A DNA stretch of 41,325 nt from a virus: the IMG/VR virus record IMGVR_UViG_3300045988_032064, positions 1 to 41,325 of that record, one strand, 5' to 3'. This document shows, one piece after another, positions 24,428 to 32,657 of the stretch. A model generated the notes under the pieces. That model did no database searches, was not told the DNA's origin, and saw nothing but the letters and a program-made list of their open reading frames with translations. Numbering within the stretch: position 1 is the stretch's first letter; each line of letters opens with the position of its first letter. The position numbers and the translations under genes are program-made.

Positions 24428-25081
24428 ATGGCAAAGTATAAAGTTGGAGATAAGGTGCGGATTGTAAGCGAGCGGCCTGATTCCAAAAAATATGTTGATG
24501 AAATGGTACGATTTCTCGGAAAAGAAATCACGATCAGTATGGTGAAAGAGTTTGGCGGCATTCCCTACTACTACAGTGAGGATGCAAAGCCGAAGGACCC
24601 GACTCAGAAGTGTTTCTGCAAGTGGTTCGGCGTTCCTGGCTACTATTTCAGGGATGAATGGATTTCCGGCCTTGCCGAGCAGAAGAAGCCCGCCAATGAA
24701 AACCTCTCTGTTACCATCCGCTTCTGTGGTCGCATGACTGTAGCGGAGCTTAACAAGAATGGAAGAGTAGTCAAAGTCAAGAACGCCTGGTGCAATCCTA
24801 AGGATGCCTACAGCAGAGCGGAGGGCGCAAGGGTCGCCGTTGAGCGGCTTTTTGAGAAGAAGGCTGGCAAGCTAGAAGAAGCCAGCAAGCCAAAGATTGG
24901 CGATAAGTTCGTCATCATGTCGAACAAAAGTCCGGACTGCCACCACCACTTCCAAATCGGCTCTGTTGTAACTCTTAAATACATAGAAGAAAACGGGAAA
25001 AAAAGTTACGAAGCGAATAACGGATTGATACAGATTGTACGGGACTGTGATGTTGCTCCGTATAGGGAGAAAGCCAAATAA
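24428..25081 (+). CDS. Hypothetical protein
   Basis: SD gaaaggag. Internal ATG of track ORF 24302..25081. A KxGDKxxI motif occurs at both ends. Confidence 0.6.
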   Translation: MAKYKVGDKVRIVSERPDSKKYVDEMVRFLGKEITISMVKEFGGIPYYYSEDAKPKDPTQKCFCKWFGVPGYYFRDEWISGLAEQKKPANENLSVTIRFCGRMTVAELNKNGRVVKVKNAWCNPKDAYSRAEGARVAVERLFEKKAGKLEEASKPKIGDKFVIMSNKSPDCHHHFQIGSVVTLKYIEENGKKSYEANNGLIQIVRDCDVAPYREKAK

Positions 25082-25167
25082 GCCGAAACGGCCTTCGGGC
25101 CGTCCGCCGGGACCGCCCGCCAGGCGCTGATGATGGCAGGGCAAAAAGCAGAAAGGAGCTGGAGACA

Positions 25168-25479
25168 ATGCCGAGAATCAGGCAATTAGCGGAAAAGTAC
25201 GCCGAGTGTGACCGAATAAAGGCAAAAGAAGCCTTTTGGAAGGAGATCAAGATGCGCCGCTGTGACATCGATATTGATTCCATGGAGGCCCTTGGACGAG
25301 AAATTGGTATTGACGCTTCTACGCTTCGAAAAAACGAAGCTGGTGATACCAAAATGAGCGTTACCACCATACAAAAGCTGGTTGATTTCTTAAAACCCGA
25401 CATCTCTACAGTTCTCCTTTTCCTGGGCTACTCCGAGAAGGAGATCAAGTCCTTCGCCAGAGGGTGCGTAAATCAGTAG
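25168..25479 (+). CDS. HTH regulator (Cro/antirepressor position)
   Basis: SD gaaaggag. LGREIGIDASTLRKNEAGDTKMSVTTIQKL. Confidence 0.6.
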   Translation: MPRIRQLAEKYAECDRIKAKEAFWKEIKMRRCDIDIDSMEALGREIGIDASTLRKNEAGDTKMSVTTIQKLVDFLKPDISTVLLFLGYSEKEIKSFARGCVNQ

Positions 25480-25523
25480 ATACGGGGGGCCAGCACGGCG
25501 AGTAGGGTTCTTACATCTCTTCT

Positions 25524-25559
25524 CCCTACGGAAGGGCGGTTCAAGTCCGCCCTCCCCTA
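25524..25559 (+). other. tRNA-like 3' half (T-arm + acceptor strand); not a complete tRNA in my hand fold
   Basis: ggcgg-TTCAAGT-ccgcc followed by ctcccct-a. Lies in a roughly 240-nt gap with no convincing ORF. Confidence 0.4.
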
Positions 25560-25719
25560 TCGGAATACCTCCTAATTTGGCAGCCGGAAAGACGGCCCCG
25601 ACCGGGCGGGCAATCCCGGACATATGGCGGGCACGGTTGATGCCTGGGATTTCACACCCATGGACGAGCGGTTCAACTCCGTCTCCCACCAGCAAGAAAA
25701 GTGGAAAGGATTGGATAAC

Positions 25720-26040
25720 ATGAGCATCAAGGACGCAACCCCGGAGGAAATCCGGGCAATGCAAGAGCGGATCAGCCGCCGCCAGAGTGACCGGCGGTAT
25801 GAAATGGAAATGGACCAAGCGGTGAGTATGGCCTGCAAAGCCAACCGCCGCCCTACCAGGACGGCCCCAGCCTGGACAGGTCCCAGCCTGGAGAGCGTGA
25901 TCGTGGCGACGGGAACGGCGATGCTGGCCGGAGCTGCGGCAATCCTGGGCGGGACCGGGGCGATACACACAGGGTACGCCGCAATGGTCACCGGCGTAGC
26001 CATGGCCGGGGCCGTGGGTGAAATCGCCCGGGCATTTTAA
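25720..26040 (+). CDS. Hypothetical protein with a Gly/Ala-rich hydrophobic C-terminus
   Basis: SD ggaaagga. Could start at 25624 instead. Confidence 0.45.
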   Translation: MSIKDATPEEIRAMQERISRRQSDRRYEMEMDQAVSMACKANRRPTRTAPAWTGPSLESVIVATGTAMLAGAAAILGGTGAIHTGYAAMVTGVAMAGAVGEIARAF

Positions 26041-26060
26041 TCGAGCAAGGAGGGTGTAGA

Positions 26061-26858
26061 ATGTCGAAAACTGTATGTTTCGAGCTGATAACACCAGATA
26101 TTGCGGCTAAATATCTGGAAACAAGCGCCGGGAATCGGCGTTTAGACATGAAAAATGTAAAAAAATATATCCGTGATATGGAAAATGAGTCGTGGGATTG
26201 CTCGAACGATGCAATCACTTTTGACAAGGAAGGACATTTGGTTAATGGACATCATAGACTAAACGCTGTTGTTAAATCCGGAAAAAACGCCGAATTTATA
26301 GTAATGCGTGATTCAGATTGCACAACTTTTGACCGTGGCCGAAATCGCAATACAGAACAATGGTTAAAAATGAATATGCATTACGATGTGCAAAAATGGG
26401 AACCAGCAATGGCCAGAATCCATTTTTACTATGTCAAAAACATAACAATGCCGTCTGACAATGAAATTCACGATTTTCTGGTCAAACACCAAAACAGCCA
26501 AGGCATTTTATCAGCCTTATGCCAAAGCAGAACAAGAACGTTCAAAACCTTTAGAAACGGATGGGCTGCATACGGACTTTTAAGCGCTATTTTGGCTGGA
26601 TATAACGAGCAAAAACTATTTCGTTTTGTCGATGTTGTAAACACTGGGTTTGCAAAAGATGATTCAGAGTCAGCAGCGATTGCTTTCAGAAATTTCTTAA
26701 TGAATTGCAAAGGTAATACCCTAAGCGCAAGAATTGAAGCGTGTTCTGTGTTGCAATCAGCACTAAAAAAATTTGCAACTGGGGATAGTTGCAGAATTGT
26801 TCGCAAGACAAACGGGTTGTATTACTCGGATGTTGCAATAAAAAGCGGGTTGCTGTGA
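26061..26858 (+). CDS. ParB-like nuclease-domain protein
   Basis: SD aaggaggg. FDKEGHLVNGHHRLNAV motif. The gene is visibly AT-richer than its neighbours. Confidence 0.65.
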   Translation: MSKTVCFELITPDIAAKYLETSAGNRRLDMKNVKKYIRDMENESWDCSNDAITFDKEGHLVNGHHRLNAVVKSGKNAEFIVMRDSDCTTFDRGRNRNTEQWLKMNMHYDVQKWEPAMARIHFYYVKNITMPSDNEIHDFLVKHQNSQGILSALCQSRTRTFKTFRNGWAAYGLLSAILAGYNEQKLFRFVDVVNTGFAKDDSESAAIAFRNFLMNCKGNTLSARIEACSVLQSALKKFATGDSCRIVRKTNGLYYSDVAIKSGLL

Positions 26859-26964
26859 TGTGCGGCAAGCCAGGGACTTTGACAGGCAGGACGAAGATGT
26901 GTTTTCCCTGGTCCGGGCCAACCGGGCCAGGCTCCAGAATAGCTGTAGATAACAGGAGGCTAGT

Positions 26965-27189
26965 ATGATCCCGTATTGTTACGATGCCACCGCCCAGGCA
27001 GAGGCCAGAGAAGCAGCAGCGGACCGGGATGCTATCAAGTGCGATTGCTGCGGCGGCCTGATCCGGGTGGGCGAGGTAAAGTTTTCCCTGGGAATGGGGC
27101 AAACGGTTCTGACCATTTGCAACGACTGCAAAGGCGACCTGGTAAGTTCCGCCGAAATCCACGGCGTAGAAGATGAAATTTATCTGTGA
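26965..27189 (+). CDS. Hypothetical Cys-rich 74-aa protein
   Basis: SD aggagg. CDCCGG...CNDC. Confidence 0.5.
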   Translation: MIPYCYDATAQAEAREAAADRDAIKCDCCGGLIRVGEVKFSLGMGQTVLTICNDCKGDLVSSAEIHGVEDEIYL

Positions 27190-27199
27190 GGTGAAATGT

Positions 27200-27385
27200 A
27201 TGAACTACAAAAAAATGAAGGCCCTGCGAGAAGCTGCCGGGATGACTCAGACGGAGCTTGGCGAAAAGGTACTTGTGGGGCAGACCATGATTGCCCGGGT
27301 GGAGGCAGGCGTGAAAGAGCCGTCCTTGTCCCTGCTGGGCCGGATTGCTGAGGCACTAGGCGTTGAAACTGCTGAGCTGCTATAA
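27200..27385 (+). CDS. XRE-family HTH protein
   Basis: SD gaggtga. MTQTELGEKVLVGQTMIARVEAG. Confidence 0.7.
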   Translation: MNYKKMKALREAAGMTQTELGEKVLVGQTMIARVEAGVKEPSLSLLGRIAEALGVETAELL

Positions 27386-27479
27386 AAAGCCGCCCCTGGG
27401 CGGATCAGACCCAGGAGCGGCACGCAGAAAGGAATTAGATAACACGGTTATTTTAACCGTTAAGAAAGGATTTGTCAAT

Positions 27480-27968
27480 ATGAATCTGACTATGAACGAT
27501 ATGGCCCAAGAATGGGACGAGGTTTTCAAAAAACTCCTTGACCCAGAAGCAGACGAGACGGCGGTTTTTGATACCCTCGAAATGATCGAGGCTGACATGG
27601 ACATCAAAGCCGACCATTATGCCAGATTTATTGGAGACCTGGCTGGTGATGCTGCAACCATCGATGCAGAAATCAAGCGTCTCCAGGAACGTAAAAAGTT
27701 TATCCTCAATCGCCGTGACCGCTTGAAAGCTACCTTATACGCCTCCATGAAGTCAACAGGCCGGACAAGTTTTAAAACTGCCCTGTACTCCTTCGCCATC
27801 CAAGGAAACGGCGGTAGTCGCCCTGTAAAGCTCCTAGATGAGGTCCCGGAGAGATGGAGAAAACCCGGAGAGCCGGATATGGGCAAAATCCGGGAAGCCC
27901 TAGAAAATGGTCAATCCCTTCCTTTCGCCGTCCTGGGTGACCGGGGCGAGAGTTTGAGGATCCGCTGA
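27480..27968 (+). CDS. Siphovirus Gp157-like protein
   Basis: Internal ATG 27480. Acidic helical N-terminus. Sits upstream of the ATPase and SSB, as in Gp157 modules. Confidence 0.55.
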   Translation: MNLTMNDMAQEWDEVFKKLLDPEADETAVFDTLEMIEADMDIKADHYARFIGDLAGDAATIDAEIKRLQERKKFILNRRDRLKATLYASMKSTGRTSFKTALYSFAIQGNGGSRPVKLLDEVPERWRKPGEPDMGKIREALENGQSLPFAVLGDRGESLRIR

Positions 27969-28051
27969 TGGACGAGGAAATCTACATGAACGCAAGAGTT
28001 CACAGGCCGGAAGAAAGCGGCCTGTGGGAAAAGGATAAGGAGGGAATTTAA

Positions 28052-28684
28052 ATGGGCATTCCAGTACTTGTGTTGGGCGAATCCGGAAGTGGTAAATCCG
28101 CCAGCCTGCGGAATTTTGAGCCTGCCGATGTAAGTATTATCAACGTGGCCGGTAAGCCTCTCCCCTTCCGTAAGAAATTGCCGATTGCCAACACCTGCGA
28201 CTATGGCAGGATCATGGGGGCCATCAAAAACAGCCCCAAAAAAGCATTTGTTATTGATGACAGCCAATACCTGATGTGCTTTGAATCCTTCGCCAAGGCC
28301 AAGGAGACCGGCTACGGCAAATATACCGATATGGCCCTGCATTTTTACAATCTGGTACAGTTCGTCATCACCCAGACCCCGCCGGACGTAATCGTGTACT
28401 TCCTGCATCACACCGACCAGGACAGCAACACCGGCAAGACACGGGCCAAGACACTGGGCAAGATGCTGGACAATCAGCTAACCCTGGAGGGCCTATTTTC
28501 TATCGTCCTGCTGTGTTACACGGACGGCAAGAAGCACGTCTTTGAGACCCAGAGCGACGGGACAAACACCTGTAAATCTCCGATGGAAATGTTCCCTGCT
28601 GAAATTGATAATGATTTGAAAGCCGTAGATAACACCATCCGGGAATATTATGATCTCAACAAGAAAGGAAACGATAAAAAATGA
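28052..28684 (+). CDS. AAA_24 / Sak4-like recombination ATPase
   Basis: SD taaggaggg. Walker A GESGSGKS. 210 aa. Confidence 0.75.
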   Translation: MGIPVLVLGESGSGKSASLRNFEPADVSIINVAGKPLPFRKKLPIANTCDYGRIMGAIKNSPKKAFVIDDSQYLMCFESFAKAKETGYGKYTDMALHFYNLVQFVITQTPPDVIVYFLHHTDQDSNTGKTRAKTLGKMLDNQLTLEGLFSIVLLCYTDGKKHVFETQSDGTNTCKSPMEMFPAEIDNDLKAVDNTIREYYDLNKKGNDKK

Positions 28685-29310
28685 TTACCAGACCGAACAA
28701 TTGGGACAATGTCCAGGCAGCATCTGATCGCCAAAAACTCCCCCTGGGTGCCTACGTCTGCACCATCGTACAGGCCAATATCCAAAACAGCAGCTACGGC
28801 GACCAGCTGTACGTGGGGTTTGACATCTCCGCCGGTGAGTGGGCCGGATACTACAAGGAGGACTTTGACCGGAACCAGAGGGCAGATAAGAAGTGGAAAG
28901 GCGTCCTGCGCCTCTGGCTGCCCAAGGACGACGGAAGCGACAAGGACGAGTGGACGAAATCCATTTTAAAGGGCTTTACGACCGCTGTGGAGGAATCCAA
29001 CCGGGGCTACCATTGGGATTGGGACGAGCGGTCCCTGCGAAAGAAAGAAATCGGTATCCTGTTCCGAAATGAGGAATGGGAATACGAAGGGAAAACCGGC
29101 TGGGCCGTGCGTCCCTTCCGGGCCATCAGTGTGGACGCCGTGGAAGATGGAGCTTTTACCATTCCCAAGGACAAACCTTTGAAGAACAAGCCAGCCCCCA
29201 CGGCTGGAAGCTATGACGCTCCTACCTTCGACAGCTACTCAACTCCCGCCAGCGCTCCATACTCTGACTTCGCGATGCTGGAGGATGACGACGCCCAGCT
29301 GCCCTTCTAA
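28681..29310 (+). CDS. DUF669-type single-strand DNA-binding protein
   Basis: ATGA overlap. The acidic C-terminal tip LEDDDAQLPF is like the SSB DDDIPF tail. Confidence 0.65.
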   Translation: MITRPNNWDNVQAASDRQKLPLGAYVCTIVQANIQNSSYGDQLYVGFDISAGEWAGYYKEDFDRNQRADKKWKGVLRLWLPKDDGSDKDEWTKSILKGFTTAVEESNRGYHWDWDERSLRKKEIGILFRNEEWEYEGKTGWAVRPFRAISVDAVEDGAFTIPKDKPLKNKPAPTAGSYDAPTFDSYSTPASAPYSDFAMLEDDDAQLPF

Positions 29311-29366
29311 CTGATATCACCCTGGGGCACACCGCCCCAGGGCCGTAATAAAACCAGGAGGCCCCA

Positions 29367-29747
29367 ATGAGAAGACGAAAATACGGAAATACCAAAATCA
29401 TGGTGGACGGCATCCAATTCGACAGCAAGCGAGAGGCGGCCCGATACCGGGAGCTTAAACTTCTGGAACGTGCCGGGGTGATATCCTTCCTCCAGCGGCA
29501 AACCAAATTCCAACTGATCCCCGACCAGCACGCCCCAAGCAATGCGATCTACACCAAAGGCCCCAGGAAAGGCCAGAGGAAGCCCGGGAAGCTCCTGGAA
29601 CATGAGTGCAGCTACATAGCCGACTTTTGCTACATCCGGAATGGTGAGACCGTCGTTGAGGATGCCAAGGGCTACAGGACCGAAGTATACAGGATCAAGA
29701 AAAAGCTGATGTTAGAACGGTACGGTATCCAGATAAGAGAGGTGTAG
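29367..29747 (+). CDS. DUF1064-family protein (putative nuclease/resolvase)
   Basis: SD aggagg. KYGNTKIMVDGIQFDSKREAARYRELKLL. Confidence 0.65.
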   Translation: MRRRKYGNTKIMVDGIQFDSKREAARYRELKLLERAGVISFLQRQTKFQLIPDQHAPSNAIYTKGPRKGQRKPGKLLEHECSYIADFCYIRNGETVVEDAKGYRTEVYRIKKKLMLERYGIQIREV

Positions 29748-29750
29748 CCT

Positions 29751-30497
29751 ATGGCTAGAGAGTACACGCCCATTCCGTTTGAGTTTTTGGAAGAGCTGGA
29801 CGGGTTGAGTGATGAAGAATATGGCCGCTTGATACGGGCTATGCAGGTGTATTCCATCAGCGGCGAAGAGCCGGAGTTACAAGGAATCGAGCGTCTATTC
29901 TGGAAGCGCTGCCGGAACACCATTGATCGGTATAATGAAAGCTACGAAAAGCGCAACACATCCAACGCTGAAAACGGCAGAAAAGGCGGGAGACCGAGAA
30001 AGCAAGCGGTTTTTGAAGAGACCCAAGAAAACCCAAATAACCCAATGGGTTTTTCGGAAACCCAAAATAACCCATCGGTTTTTGAAGAAACCCAAAAAAG
30101 CCAAACCGAATCCAAAACCAAAGCCAAATCCAAAACCAATAGTATTACCCCTATAGCCCCCAAGGGGGCGAAACGGTCAGACGCAGAATTCGAGATTTTT
30201 TGGAATGCCTACCCGACGAAAGTTGGCAAACAGCCTGCTCGGAAAGCTTTCGACAGGGTGAAAGTCCCTGTTGAAACACTTGTGGCGGCAATTGAGCGCC
30301 AGAAGTGCAGTAGCCAATGGAGTAAGGACGGCGGCCAGTACATCCCGAATCCGGCCACCTGGCTGAATCAGGGGCGGTGGACGGATGAGCTGCCGAAAAA
30401 GCCGGAGCCACAGCAGGAACTTGATGCCGACGTAGTATCGGCTATCCAGCGGATGCTTGCAGAGGAAGCTCAGGAAAGAGCCGTTGCTACGGGATAA
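29751..30497 (+). CDS. Replisome organiser / replication initiation-associated protein
   Basis: SD gaggtg, 248 aa. Internal DNA iterons. The C-terminal FWNAYPTKVGK...ATWLNQGRW motif is common in phage replication proteins. Confidence 0.6.
   Translation: MAREYTPIPFEFLEELDGLSDEEYGRLIRAMQVYSISGEEPELQGIERLFWKRCRNTIDRYNESYEKRNTSNAENGRKGGRPRKQAVFEETQENPNNPMGFSETQNNPSVFEETQKSQTESKTKAKSKTNSITPIAPKGAKRSDAEFEIFWNAYPTKVGKQPARKAFDRVKVPVETLVAAIERQKCSSQWSKDGGQYIPNPATWLNQGRWTDELPKKPEPQQELDADVVSAIQRMLAEEAQERAVATG
30007..30103. repeat. Three iteron-like repeats (candidate ori), followed by a phased CCAAA tract to about 30140
   Basis: cggtttttgaagaGacccaa..aacccaaataaccca / gggtttttcggaaacccaaaataaccca / cggtttttgaagaaacccaaaaaagcca. 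Confidence 0.55.
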
Positions 30498-30532
30498 TGG
30501 GCCGTAAGGCGTAGAAAGAAAGGAAATGCGAT

Positions 30533-30718
30533 ATGACAGAAAAACCTAAGACCAACGCAGACCGCATCCGGGAGATGACGGACGAGGAGTTGGCAAAGCT
30601 GCTAAGTACCGGAACATTTATCTGCGGGAGGCTTGAAGATGTCTGCGAGGATATGCCAGGGTGCGAGGAGTGTCTATGGGCCTGGCTCCGGTCACCGGTG
30701 GGGGAAAGCGAGAAATGA
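30533..30718 (+). CDS. Hypothetical Cys-rich 61-aa protein
   Basis: SD gaaagga. Confidence 0.55.
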   Translation: MTEKPKTNADRIREMTDEELAKLLSTGTFICGRLEDVCEDMPGCEECLWAWLRSPVGESEK

Positions 30719-31326
30719 TCCACCTTGGCGACATAACCAAAATCAACGGTTACACTGCTCCTGTTGTGGATGTGGTCATCGGCTGTAGCCCCTGCCAAGA
30801 CCTGAGCATTGCCGGAAAAAGGGCCGGCCTTGCCGGAGAGCGGTCAGGGTTGTACATGGAGAAAATCAGAATCATCAGGGAGATGAGAGCGCATGACAGA
30901 GCAAATGGACGGACAGGTGAGCTTATTCGCCCACGATACATGGTCTGGGAGAACGTCCCCGGAGCGTTCAGCTCCAACCACGGAAAAGACTTTGCCGCAG
31001 TCCTCGAAGAAGCGGTCAGGGTCATCGAGCCGGAAGCCCCCCCTGTTCCTGTGCCTGAAAAAGGATGGCCTACAAGCGGATGCCTCATGGGTGACGGATG
31101 GAGCGTTGCTTGGCGGGTACTCGATGCACAGTTTTGGGGAGTGCCCCAGAGACGGCGTAGAATCGCACTTGTCGCAGATTTTGGAGGTCTCACCGCACCC
31201 GAAATACTATTTGTCCGCAAGGGCTTGTCGGGGGATCCTCAACCGGGCAGCGAGACGAGGAAAAGACCTGCCGGAAGCTCTGAAAGCGGCGCTGCTTATG
31301 CAGTCAGAATCCGGGGGGGGCTGTGA
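30715..31326 (+). CDS. DNA (cytosine-5) methyltransferase, catalytic-core part (motifs III-VIII), lacking motif I
   Basis: ATGA-coupled start. GDIT, GCSPCQDLS (PCQ 30790-30798), ENV (30949-30957), QRRRR (31147-31161). Confidence 0.75.
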   Translation: MIHLGDITKINGYTAPVVDVVIGCSPCQDLSIAGKRAGLAGERSGLYMEKIRIIREMRAHDRANGRTGELIRPRYMVWENVPGAFSSNHGKDFAAVLEEAVRVIEPEAPPVPVPEKGWPTSGCLMGDGWSVAWRVLDAQFWGVPQRRRRIALVADFGGLTAPEILFVRKGLSGDPQPGSETRKRPAGSSESGAAYAVRIRGGL

Positions 31327-32164
31327 CGGAGGCGGTAAAGGAGCCTTAGTACAAAAAGAGCTTTCCGGGACTTTGGGTTGCAACAACGACCAGACGGTTT
31401 TCTGCCTCAACGACCAGGGCGGAAGAGTGATGGGCGTGACCGAGAATGTTTCCGGCACACTCCGGGCGCAGGAGCACGGGCACCAACCCCTTGTGACAGT
31501 GTTTGACCCGGCGCAAATCACAAGCCCTGTGAATCGTAGCCGCCCGGAGCCTGGGAAACCCTGCCACACATTGACCTCCAGAATGGGGACCGGTGGCGGA
31601 AACGTGCCAATTATGTTCCGGCAACAGCGCTTTGGGAGCTACGACCTGGACAACGTAGCCGGGACCTGCCAGGCCAGGGACGGCAAGGACGGAACCGCAA
31701 ATCTTGTGTGCGCCGTGGACTGCCGGCATGGAACCGAAAACCCGGATACAAACGGGACGCTGCAAGCAAAATCCACGGGTGGCCAAAGCCTGAACCTGAA
31801 CAACGTAGTCCGAGAGGCTATGACGGTTCGCCGGCTGACCCCCCTGGAGTGTGAGCGCTTGCAGGGATTCCCGGACGGCTGGACGGACATCGGTGAATGG
31901 GTGGACGGCAAGGGTAAGAAACGAAAAACCACCGATTCTAGCCGATACAAAGCTCTTGGCAACTCCATTGCTTTACCGCCCTGGAAATGGGTGCTGAAAC
32001 GGATTTGCGCCCAGTATGAGCGTGATGCAACCATGGCAAGCCTTTTTGACGGGATCGGCGGATTCCCGCTTATCTGGGAGCAGCTGAACGGAAAAGGGAG
32101 CTGCCTGTGGGCAAGCGAGATTGAAGAGTTCCCCATGGCGGTAACGAAAAAAAGGTTTGGCTAG
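30893..32164 (+). CDS. C5-methyltransferase part 2: TRD + motifs IX/X + displaced motif I/II; true 5' end unresolved
   Basis: RRLTPLECERLQGFPDGW, ALGNSIA, then MASLFDGIGGF...WASEIEEF at the C-terminus. The 5' 434 nt overlap the previous ORF in the +1 frame. Confidence 0.7.
   Translation: MTEQMDGQVSLFAHDTWSGRTSPERSAPTTEKTLPQSSKKRSGSSSRKPPLFLCLKKDGLQADASWVTDGALLGGYSMHSFGECPRDGVESHLSQILEVSPHPKYYLSARACRGILNRAARRGKDLPEALKAALLMQSESGGGCDGGGKGALVQKELSGTLGCNNDQTVFCLNDQGGRVMGVTENVSGTLRAQEHGHQPLVTVFDPAQITSPVNRSRPEPGKPCHTLTSRMGTGGGNVPIMFRQQRFGSYDLDNVAGTCQARDGKDGTANLVCAVDCRHGTENPDTNGTLQAKSTGGQSLNLNNVVREAMTVRRLTPLECERLQGFPDGWTDIGEWVDGKGKKRKTTDSSRYKALGNSIALPPWKWVLKRICAQYERDATMASLFDGIGGFPLIWEQLNGKGSCLWASEIEEFPMAVTKKRFG
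31313..31320. repeat. G8 homopolymer at the junction of the two methyltransferase reading frames
   Basis: ccgggggggg read directly. The frame-A stop TGA lies at 31324-31326. Confidence 0.9.
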
Positions 32165-32258
32165 ATCATTTTCGTGCATCCACGGAAATGATGGTTAACC
32201 GCCTCGAAATCGAGGCATTTAAAAGCCCGGGGGGCAACCCGGGCGGGAAGGAGATAAC

Positions 32259-32657
32259 ATGGAGAAACTAGAACCAATGGTATACTGCGATCACCGAATT
32301 GGACCCATCCGCCTTGCAGACGGTGAATACCATGGAATCCCATACTACGTGCTTAGCTTCGGAACACATCCTTGCGCTTATGTGGACATTGCTCCAATCG
32401 GAAGCATGGAAATCAACCCAGATGATATAGTCTGTCACGGCGGCGTGACTTATACCAATTATAGGTTAGCAACTGTAGAACGAGAAGGATGCTATATCGG
32501 GTGGGATTATGCACACTACATGGACTATGACGGATACCTTGGGAAAATGCACGAATATGCGTTCGGTTTTGCAAAAAAGTGGACCACCGAGGAGATCGTA
32601 GCCGAATGTATGGATGTGATTGACCAGATTTTAGGGGACAGGAGGGCTGGAAAATGA
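32259..32657 (+). CDS. Hypothetical protein
   Basis: SD gaaggag, 132 aa. Confidence 0.6.
   Translation: MEKLEPMVYCDHRIGPIRLADGEYHGIPYYVLSFGTHPCAYVDIAPIGSMEINPDDIVCHGGVTYTNYRLATVEREGCYIGWDYAHYMDYDGYLGKMHEYAFGFAKKWTTEEIVAECMDVIDQILGDRRAGK

Noticed and set aside
25483-25559. Complete canonical tRNA gene
   Set aside because: The T-arm and acceptor pairing are good. I could not form a D-arm, and the central hairpin has a 16-nt loop instead of a 7-nt anticodon loop. It is reported only as a tRNA-like element to be checked by covariance models.
30661-30714. GTG 30661 or ATG 30676 as the start of the methyltransferase ORF
   Set aside because: These codons overlap the preceding gene without an SD site. 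ATG 30715 is ATGA-coupled to the upstream stop and preceded by gggga, and it coincides with the motif III boundary.
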